Positions 29,412 through 36,111 of a stretch of DNA of 64,000 bases are shown in pieces. Position numbers and translations under genes: made by a program. Source of the stretch: an uncultured delta proteobacterium (lineage in GTDB: Bacteria; Desulfobacterota; Binatia; Binatales; Binataceae); NCBI GenBank assembly GCA_963842085.1, contig CAWJET010000002.1, forward strand, positions 160,001 to 224,000, read 5' to 3'. The notes beneath the pieces were generated by a model. It saw nothing but the letters and a program-made list of their open reading frames with translations. It did not search any database and was not told where the DNA came from. Within the stretch, counting starts at the first letter, position 1. Each line of letters begins with the position of its first letter.

Positions 29412-30110
29412 TCATAACTCGAAGGCGCGAATATCTATCAGTATGTGGGCAAGAACGCAGGCCGGCAGGTTTCGGCGCCAGAGATAGAGCGCGACGAACA
29501 GCAGCAGTATTGGGCCTTTTATCAGCATACCATACAGTCCCCAAACCGGCGCGTGGACCAGCACGTTGACGATAAACGGCACTGATGCGCCTAACATCTT
29601 GCTCCCTGTCAGTTCTTCGATTCGCTCGATCGCATAGCCACGAAAGCCGACCTCTTCAGCGATTCCGTTAGCTAGCAGCCCCGATAGATCAAGCCACTTC
29701 GGCAACGAAGCATACATAGCGCCGCCTACCGTCAACTCCACTGCAAGGGCCGGTATTCTATCCGCCATCGAGAGCAGGCGTGGACTGATTTGAAGATAGG
29801 CTAACAATACTAATATCGCACTTAACAAATCCCCCAAGGAGGGAGCGCGGATCCCGATCGATGCGAGTGGCCTCCGTTCCCAACAGACGACCAGTAAGGG
29901 CAGGGCGATGGTCACCGCTATCTTGAAGACCAGACCGATAGACTCCCAAGCAGAAATCCAGGATAGCCCCCAGACTTTCATAATCAGGTGAAGAAAAGGT
30001 TCCCTGTAAGGAGGTATAGGAAGAAGCAAAGCTATAGCAAGGCCTACCAGCGTGGCGGGACTCAACGCCTCGCTGGAGGATCTCGATCTTTCTTGAGCAG
30101 GCAGAATCAA
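29412..30110 (-). CDS. CPBP/Abi (CAAX-type) intramembrane glutamic protease
   Basis: EEVGFRGY, LVH and AHILID motifs in a multi-TM protein. AAGGGAG precedes the TTG. Confidence 0.88.
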   Translation of the reverse strand: MILPAQERSRSSSEALSPATLVGLAIALLLPIPPYREPFLHLIMKVWGLSWISAWESIGLVFKIAVTIALPLLVVCWERRPLASIGIRAPSLGDLLSAILVLLAYLQISPRLLSMADRIPALAVELTVGGAMYASLPKWLDLSGLLANGIAEEVGFRGYAIERIEELTGSKMLGASVPFIVNVLVHAPVWGLYGMLIKGPILLLFVALYLWRRNLPACVLAHILIDIRAFEL

Positions 30111-30461
30111 CCCTAACTATATCTCCCTTGACCGAATTGTCTGACTATACCGTCTACGGCGTCTTAATTTTTTGGATTTCCACGGTGTGTTCGCGACTCG
30201 TATTACCCCGCGGCACTTGGCACATAATCAACCCGGACCGATCGTTCCGATCAAGTTTAGGCTAGCACATGCTGTGAACAGTAGCGTTGGTCAGACCATG
30301 CCGGCTGATCAACCCTCGCGTACAAGGACCGGTACTATGATGGCGAGCGATTGCGAGGCACACTTAAGAGGCCGTAAAACTCTTCTCTGGCGGTCCAAGA
30401 ACCTTCCTTCCAAGCGCGGCGTCAAGTCTATCCTGAGGTCGCGCCTGCACAAATGACGCCA

Positions 30462-31254
30462 TCAACATGGGACGTTATTACCGTCATCCAGTTGACCTCG
30501 GACACCGGTAGTGTTTCGGGGAGTATTTACCTTGTGCCCGCCCGGATTAATGACATTATCTATAATCCATTGTTTAAACTGTTCCCAGTTAGAGGGAGAA
30601 GGAGGACTTGGTGGCGCAGGCGTCGGTGTCGGCGTACTTGTCGGTGTCGACGTAAAGTCCTGACCAAGGCCCAGCGGGCGAGCGCTGGAGGGTTGCGGGT
30701 CCCCGCATATCTTTAGACCCGCGGACCCCATGGTCGGAATCAGCCCGTCGGAGACACCCAGTATGACCGGATACAGCGGGTGGCGGCCGTGGAGCAACTG
30801 GCGCGGTGTTGGCGGGGCGCTGCTGCCGCCGCCAAAGAGGTCCTCGAAAAAGCTGACTGCGGCGCCGATAGCGCCGCCTATCACCGCACCCGCAAACCAG
30901 CCGGGTGGTCCGAATTCACTTAAGGCGAGCGACCCCGCGAGAGCACCTGCGGCGGCGCCCCCTCCTATGTCTTCGGCGCCCGTCGCATAGTTTGCAGGGC
31001 TAAAGAACCCCGGTGCCGGCGCGCCGGAGGGCGCGGCATCTGCGGACTGTAGAACTGACCGCTGCCGGTATAGTAGTACGGCGCGTCGAGAGGTTCCTGC
31101 TCCATGCCGCCATACAGGAACGGCCAAAGGGTCGTAGCGCCGCTCAGCGTCCGCGTCCCCGACGGATCGTAGGTGTATGTCGTCGCCGGCTGCGACTGAG
31201 TCGAGGCTGCATTGACCAGCGCGATGGTCGAGCCCGACGCATCGATCAGCGGCA
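30462..31254 (-). pseudogene. 5'-truncated, frameshifted RHS-repeat protein C-terminal fragment (cassette C)
   Basis: Frame 1 (31254 to ~31040) reads PLIDASGSTIALVN...TYTYDPSG...PFLYGGMEQE...YYYTGSGQFYSPQ, an RHS-associated core. It shifts near 31040 into a Gly-rich hydrophobic helix, the HGRHPLYP block and a PT-rich tail. Confidence 0.8.
30718..30850 (-). repeat. Conserved pre-tip block copy C (FFEDLFGGGSSAPPTPRQLLHGRHPLYPVILGVSDGLIP)
   Basis: 30 nt identical to copy B (ATGACCGGATACAGCGGGTGGCGGCCGTGG). CCATGGTCGGAATCAG is shared with copy A. Confidence 0.92.
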
Positions 31255-31629
31255 CTATTTCGGCTTCAATCGCGTATCGTCGCTGGAGATGCACTTTGAA
31301 CCTAAGGCGGCCAAGCCGAACGTCCGCTGCACTGTGCTGCTCTGTGAAGGCATCTCCTCGACGCCCGAAGGCGCGTCGGCCAGCAATCTCTTCCTTACGT
31401 CGGCAATAGTTTCTGAGCGGTAGTCTTCGCAATCGGCCCTCGTCGGGAATGCCCCCGATTCGCCTACCTTCTCTCCTCTCATAGCCTGCCACTGGCTAAT
31501 CGGAGCAGTCAGGTCGGGTCCAATTAGTGGTATTCCCGAACGCTCTGCCTGCGGCGGGAACATGAGGAACCACGACAGAAGGAGCGGCAAGGAGTGAACA
31601 CTTAGCGATGTGTGGCCGCATGCGTTCAT
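31255..31629 (-). CDS. Small hypothetical protein, probably exported (WFLMFPP...APISQW...F...CE...CISSDD.RL)
   Basis: Starts 6 nt after the upstream stop. Hydrophobic N-terminus and two Cys in the mature part. Confidence 0.6.
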   Translation of the reverse strand: MNACGHTSLSVHSLPLLLSWFLMFPPQAERSGIPLIGPDLTAPISQWQAMRGEKVGESGAFPTRADCEDYRSETIADVRKRLLADAPSGVEEMPSQSSTVQRTFGLAALGSKCISSDDTRLKPK

Positions 31630-31635
31630 GGTGGC

Positions 31636-32100
31636 CTAGGGTTCAGAACGTCGCGTCAGCCTTAACCGATCGAGTGGCACCATAACCGTTCTCTCCTTCT
31701 CGCTTTCATGGTCGATAATTCTCAGGACGAGTTTGATATCAAAGGGAGGCGAAATCTTCGCGTCAATTTTGCCGATCTCGACAAAGTTATTGAAATAGCG
31801 TGCACCCTCGGCTTCGAAAGCCGACGATTCGACTATCGCGTCAGCCTTCAATTGGGAGCGTCCGCCGTCCGCGTTGTCCACGCTGACGTTCCACTGAAAA
31901 GGCACCTTCATGCTCAGAATCACAGCGCCAACAGTGTCGAGCGTGAAGCCATTGATGCCCTCAGTGGAGCGCAGCTCGATCTGCGGCGCAGTGACACCGT
32001 AGTACTCAGAAAATGTGCTGTTCTCGAAATTACCCGACCCAGAAGCGGGCATCGCGAGAATCCCTAGGAGCGCTACCAGCAGTCCTTTCGTGAAATTCAT
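31636..32100 (-). CDS. Secreted hypothetical protein, candidate immunity protein for the DPBB tip
   Basis: Sec signal MNFTKGLLVALLGILAMPASG. Starts 13 nt after the tip-B stop. Confidence 0.7.
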   Translation of the reverse strand: MNFTKGLLVALLGILAMPASGSGNFENSTFSEYYGVTAPQIELRSTEGINGFTLDTVGAVILSMKVPFQWNVSVDNADGGRSQLKADAIVESSAFEAEGARYFNNFVEIGKIDAKISPPFDIKLVLRIIDHESEKERTVMVPLDRLRLTRRSEP

Positions 32101-32113
32101 ATCGCTGATTCTC

Positions 32114-32638
32114 TCATTGCAGAGGAGGCTGAGGCCCTGCGGGAAGCGTAACCGTTACGGGGATGTGCCCCTCACTCAGACTGCCGCCTGTAAGCGCCTT
32201 GAACGCACCGGGCGACAGGTCTATGATTCGATTCTTTCCCTTCGCGTACGGCCCGTGATCGATAACTTTCACCGTAATGGTTTTCGGAACGTTAGAACCA
32301 GGCTTCAGATAGGTAACATTAGCTTCTGTTCCGCACGGGAAGGTTCCGTTCGGACCGACTATCTTCGGACTCATCGCAGCGGTGAAGCCCTCAGGGTCTG
32401 AGTACACGTAATTGGAGCAACCCGTGTGCCCTGTAGGGTAGTAAAAGCTAGCCTCGCCGCTGATGGTCATCGGGTCCGCAGACCCTTGCGCGGCAGAAGC
32501 CTCGTCCGGGATCAGACCATCCTGAATTCCCAAGATGACCGGATACAGCGGGTGGCGGCCGTGGCGCAACTGGCGCGGAATCGGAGGGGCACTGCTGCCG
32601 CCAAACAACCAGTCGAAGATGTCCTGGAAACAATTCAC
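32114..32638 (-). CDS. Orphan toxin-like cassette B: conserved block plus RlpA-like DPBB (lytic transglycosylase-like) domain
   Basis: GEASFY, FTAAM, FPCGT, TVKVIDHGPY and RIIDLSPGAF match the RlpA/DPBB_1 pattern. No signal peptide or strong start (GTG 32638). Confidence 0.8.
   Translation of the reverse strand: MNCFQDIFDWLFGGSSAPPIPRQLRHGRHPLYPVILGIQDGLIPDEASAAQGSADPMTISGEASFYYPTGHTGCSNYVYSDPEGFTAAMSPKIVGPNGTFPCGTEANVTYLKPGSNVPKTITVKVIDHGPYAKGKNRIIDLSPGAFKALTGGSLSEGHIPVTVTLPAGPQPPLQ
32507..32617 (-). repeat. Conserved pre-tip block copy B (FDWLFGGSSAPPIPRQLRHGRHPLYPVILGIQDGLIP)
   Basis: 37 nt identical to copy A (TGGCGGCCGTGGCGCAACTGGCGCGGAATCGGAGGGG). Confidence 0.92.
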
Positions 32639-32640
32639 CG

Positions 32641-33000
32641 TTAGCCGCCGTCTCTGAGGAACGCCTGGATCCCAAACACAGTTGCGGCAGCCAGAGAGAT
32701 AACCGCAGCGACCAGCAGCCCGAGGCCGATCATCGCATCCGCCAGGAAGGGGATTATCGTGATGGGGTGCCACGTGACCAACACGGACGCTGCTGTCAGC
32801 AGGATCGCAAGGACCATAAGCCCGAAGGGCCTTCGGCCTGTGCGCCATCCCGCACCCAATACCACGAGCGCGCCCACGGCTGGGAGGCCGTAATCCTGGA
32901 GGATCCAGCCAGCGGTCTGGGGAAAAAGTGCCCACAATACCGCAAGTACGGTCGCAATAGGAAAAATGATCCAAAATACCCGCTGTTTATAGGATCGCAT
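32641..33000 (-). CDS. Small ~4-TM membrane protein, candidate immunity protein for tip A
   Basis: RBS GGAGGAG precedes ATG 33000. An alternative ATG at 33015 overlaps the tip-A stop (TGATG). Almost entirely hydrophobic. Confidence 0.72.
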   Translation of the reverse strand: MRSYKQRVFWIIFPIATVLAVLWALFPQTAGWILQDYGLPAVGALVVLGAGWRTGRRPFGLMVLAILLTAASVLVTWHPITIIPFLADAMIGLGLLVAAVISLAAATVFGIQAFLRDGG

Positions 33001-33014
33001 CGGATGCTCCTCCA

Positions 33015-33614
33015 TCAATTCCCGTGCCCGCAATTGAGGAACTGCGCAACGCAGTTCGCATAGCGAGCTGCGGTGATACCGCCGCAAACGGTGAGAGCTC
33101 CGCTCACTGCAAAACCGGTTGCGCCTTCACAGCCGGCCAAGGTCTCGGGGAATGCCGGTCCGGTAGCCGCAGATATAGGGAAGCATCCGGCAGCGAGCCC
33201 CGCGCCGAATTCCAGAACACGCTTTGCGCACTCAGGGTTCGCGAAGACGGGCTTCACGCAGGCTTCGTATTGCTCAAAACACATAGCCTGGTTATCGCTA
33301 TTGGGCTTGGGCTGCAGCGGGGGGTCAGGACAAAGGTCGGGGTCTCCGCAGACTGGTGGCTTGCCCGCGGACTCCATGGTCGGAATCAGGCCGTCGGAAA
33401 AACCCAAAATCAGCGGATACAGTGGATGGCGGCCGTGGCGCAACTGGCGCGGAATCGGAGGGGTGTCGCTGCCGCCCCCGCCGAAGAGGTCGTCGAACAA
33501 CTCAAACAGCCCTTCCGCTATCAACCCTATAACAACGGCCGGCGTCGCAACACCTAGAGAAACGCCTTCAGCACCGACTGGAAATGCGTTGAAAGCGCTG
33601 ATGGCCCCGGCCGT
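33015..33614 (-). pseudogene. Orphan toxin-like cassette A: conserved block plus Cys-rich hydrophobic tip, 5'-truncated at the island boundary
   Basis: The frame is open from the right repeat (TAGAISAFNAFPVGAEGVSLGVATPAVVIGLIAEGLFELFDDLFGGG...) with no ATG before the conserved block (only TTG 33524). It has 10 Cys. Confidence 0.7.
33364..33496 (-). repeat. Conserved pre-tip block copy A (FDDLFGGGGSDTPPIPRQLRHGRHPLYPLILGFSDGLIP)
   Basis: Aligned by eye with copies B and C at both DNA and protein level. Confidence 0.92.
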
Positions 33615-33663
33615 TAGGATTTTACTACACCTACGATTTCGTCTTGTGCTCCGGTTTGCCGCC
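33615..33663 (+). repeat. Right direct repeat (att-like) of island
   Basis: TAGGATTTTACTACACCTACGATTTCGTCTTGTGCTCCGGTTTGCCGCC. Contains the last ~10 codons and the stop of the SDR gene. Confidence 0.92.
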
Positions 33664-34509
33664 GCCCATGAGCGTGCCCGCGCCCTGCATCAGCCGGGTG
33701 CCGACGCTCAGCAGCGCGTCGGTGACGCCGGGGAACAGCGACGCGAGTTTTTCCGCGACCGCGGCGCCGGGAGGAACGTCCACCTCGGTCAGCCCGAACG
33801 CGGCCGCGGCCAGCACCGCCCACGTCACCCATCGCGGCGGCATCGCCGCCAACGCCGACACGGCATGGAGCGGATCGTGCTTGAGCGCGTTGCGCGCCAT
33901 CGGCGTGTCGATCACCCCGGGCATCACGAGCGATACCTTGATGCCGGTATTGAACAACTCGACGCGCAGTGCTTCGGTCAGTCCCACCAGCGCAAACTTG
34001 GTCGAGCTGTAGCCGCCGAGCGGGCTGACTCCCCGGCGTCCCGCCAGCGACGAGATGTTCACGATGTTGCCCGACCTGGCTTTGCGCATCACGGGCAGCA
34101 CGGCTTGCATCGCGTGGAGTGCGCCGAAGACATTTACCGCCATCATCTTTTCGAGGTCTTCGGGGCGCATCTGCTCGACCGTATCGGTGATCAGCAATCC
34201 CGCCGAGTTGATCAGGATGTCGAGTTTGCCGAAGGCTTCCTTGACCTGCTCTACCGCCCAGAACACGCGCGCGCGATCGGTCACGTCGCAATCGAGCGCG
34301 AGCGCCTTGCCGCCGGCCTTGTTGATTTTGTCCGCGAGTTCGTCAAGCTGCGCGCGCCGGCGCGCGAGCAGCGCAACCTGCGCGCCCTGTTGGCCAAAGG
34401 CGAGCGCGACGTCGTGGCCGATGCCACTCGAGGCGCCGGTTATGACCACCGATTTGTCGAAGAAGTAACCGCGCACCGGTCCTTTGGATTGCCGCTTGGG
34501 TTCGCTCAT
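33631..34509 (-). CDS. Short-chain dehydrogenase/reductase (SDR)
   Basis: ITGASSGIG, INSAG, NISS, YSSTK. Confidence 0.95.
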   Translation of the reverse strand: MSEPKRQSKGPVRGYFFDKSVVITGASSGIGHDVALAFGQQGAQVALLARRRAQLDELADKINKAGGKALALDCDVTDRARVFWAVEQVKEAFGKLDILINSAGLLITDTVEQMRPEDLEKMMAVNVFGALHAMQAVLPVMRKARSGNIVNISSLAGRRGVSPLGGYSSTKFALVGLTEALRVELFNTGIKVSLVMPGVIDTPMARNALKHDPLHAVSALAAMPPRWVTWAVLAAAAFGLTEVDVPPGAAVAEKLASLFPGVTDALLSVGTRLMQGAGTLMGGGKPEHKTKS

Positions 34510-34687
34510 TGCCGTCACCTCGATTGGGCGCCGTGGCACGGAACTGATGGCGGGGGCGTCGTTTCAGGCATTGTGCGCCGGTCCCCCGCGCATGCGCAAA
34601 CCGGCGCTCAGGCGGGTTGCCGAGGGGACCGGGCGTGGTTAACAATCAATCGAGGGAGCCGTGTGAGATGCGGGAGCGCGAATTATA

Positions 34688-35311
34688 GTGAACTCGAGAA
34701 CTGTCATTACTGAAATCGCCGCGGCAGGCGTATTGCTCGGCTCGTATCCGCTCGATTGGCTGGTCAAGAGAAGCGAGCCGTACTTCTGCGCGCCGTCCAG
34801 CGAGCCCGTCATTCTGCTTCACGGCTTCGGCGGCAGCCGATCCAACCTGCTGGCGCTGGGGGCGTATTTGCGGCTGGCGGGCTTCGACAACGTGTCGTTC
34901 TTCGAGTACCCGCGATGGCAAACGCTGAGCGACTCCGCCGCGCAACTCGGACGCGTCGCAGAGGAAAAATCCGGCGGCGGCGTGCATCTGATCGGCCACA
35001 GCCTGGGCGGCACCGTGGCGCGGCGTTACGCGGCTGGCGCGCCAAAACGCGCGGTGCGCTCGCTGATCACGCTTGGCTCGCCATATTCGTACGCCCAGTG
35101 GAGCCCGAGAGAGCTCGGGATTTTCGGCGACGACGACCCGATCGTGCCGGCGCCGATCGAGGCGCTTGTGAATAGCGCCGCATTCGGACGGATCGTGTCG
35201 CTGCACGACGTCGGACATCTGGCACTGATCTTTCATCCCGAGGCGCTGCGCATCGTAGGCACCGAACTGCGCGCGAATCGCGCGCCCGAGAACAAAGTCG
35301 CAGTGCAATAG
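34688..35311 (+). CDS. Alpha/beta hydrolase (lipase/esterase-like)
   Basis: LLHGFGG, GHSLGG, ITLGSP, DDPIV, VGHL. Confidence 0.88.
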   Translation: MNSRTVITEIAAAGVLLGSYPLDWLVKRSEPYFCAPSSEPVILLHGFGGSRSNLLALGAYLRLAGFDNVSFFEYPRWQTLSDSAAQLGRVAEEKSGGGVHLIGHSLGGTVARRYAAGAPKRAVRSLITLGSPYSYAQWSPRELGIFGDDDPIVPAPIEALVNSAAFGRIVSLHDVGHLALIFHPEALRIVGTELRANRAPENKVAVQ

Positions 35312-35340
35312 GGCACCGATGCCGCGATAGACTCCGCGCC

Positions 35341-35961
35341 ATGAGTACGATGATTGCCGCCAGCGCGATCGTCCTGGCAGGCGGGCGCAGCTCGCGGATG
35401 GGGCGGCCGAAGGCCTCGCTCGATTTTGGCGGCGTCCCGTTGCTGACCCGGATCGTCTCCGAGCTGAAGCGGCGCTTCGCGGAAATCGTAGTCGTCGCCG
35501 CGCCTGAGTCCGAAGACTCGCTTCCGCTGGATCTCCCCGCGACAAAAGTACTACGCGACGGCGCCCCATTTCTGGGGCCCTCAGAAGCGCTCCGGCTCGG
35601 ACTAGATGCTGTTACCAACGAGATGGCGTTCGCATGCTCGTGCGATCTGCCGCTGTTGAATTCCGACGTTGCTGCGGCGATCGTCGCGATGCTCGGTGAT
35701 TTCGACTCGGCGATTCCAATCGTTGGTGAGAAGCTGCAACCGCTGCACGCCGCGTATCGCAAGCGATGCGCCGGCGTGCTCGCAGCGCTCGCCGCGCGAC
35801 CCGAGTCGCGCCTGAGTGCGATCGCGGACGCGGTCAATACGATCAGGGTCAGCGAAGATCAGCTCAGAAGGATCGATCCGCAGCTCAGGAGTTTTTTCAA
35901 CGTGAACACGCCAGAGGACTATCGGCGCGCACTCGAGCTCGCCCGTAGGTCAGCGAAATAA
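35341..35961 (+). CDS. mobA: Molybdenum cofactor guanylyltransferase
   Basis: LAGGRSSRMG.PK, CDLP, QPLHAAY, FFNVNTPEDY. Confidence 0.93.
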   Translation: MSTMIAASAIVLAGGRSSRMGRPKASLDFGGVPLLTRIVSELKRRFAEIVVVAAPESEDSLPLDLPATKVLRDGAPFLGPSEALRLGLDAVTNEMAFACSCDLPLLNSDVAAAIVAMLGDFDSAIPIVGEKLQPLHAAYRKRCAGVLAALAARPESRLSAIADAVNTIRVSEDQLRRIDPQLRSFFNVNTPEDYRRALELARRSAK

Positions 35962-35992
35962 GGGCCGCTTCGCGATTTCAAAAACGGTACCG

Positions 35993-36061
35993 GCTTCGCT
36001 GACGCGAAGCTGTCCGAGATCCTTCCTTGCGCTCGCGTTGCTCGCTTCAATCAGGATGACA
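35993..36061. repeat. REP-like palindromic element between convergent genes
   Basis: Hairpin GCTTCGC-TGAC-GCGAAGC, then GAGATCCTTC...CAGGATGACA. Reverse complement TGTCATCCTG...GAAGGATCTC resembles a widespread intergenic repeat. Confidence 0.55.
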
Positions 36062-36111
36062 CAAAAAGTGATCACGCGGGTATCGTGCGGGAGGCCAAGC
36101 ATGATCCATCG

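Larger units (their letters stand above)
29343..33663. mobile_element. Integrated island (~4.3 kb) carrying RHS/polymorphic toxin-like cassettes; no integrase inside
   Basis: 49-bp direct repeats at both ends, visibly lower GC than the flanks, all cargo on the minus strand. Confidence 0.85.

Noticed and set aside
30111-30461. ORFs 30172..30456 (+) and 30453..30716 (+) as genes
   Set aside because: No recognisable motifs or RBS, and they are on the opposite strand to all island cargo. Probably decayed or non-coding sequence.
30718-33496. Three repeats as a CRISPR array or diversity-generating retroelement TR/VR
   Set aside because: The repeats are >100 bp, coding and in-frame, with spacers of 0.8-1.7 kb. 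Differences are not adenine-specific, and there are no cas or reverse transcriptase genes in the window.
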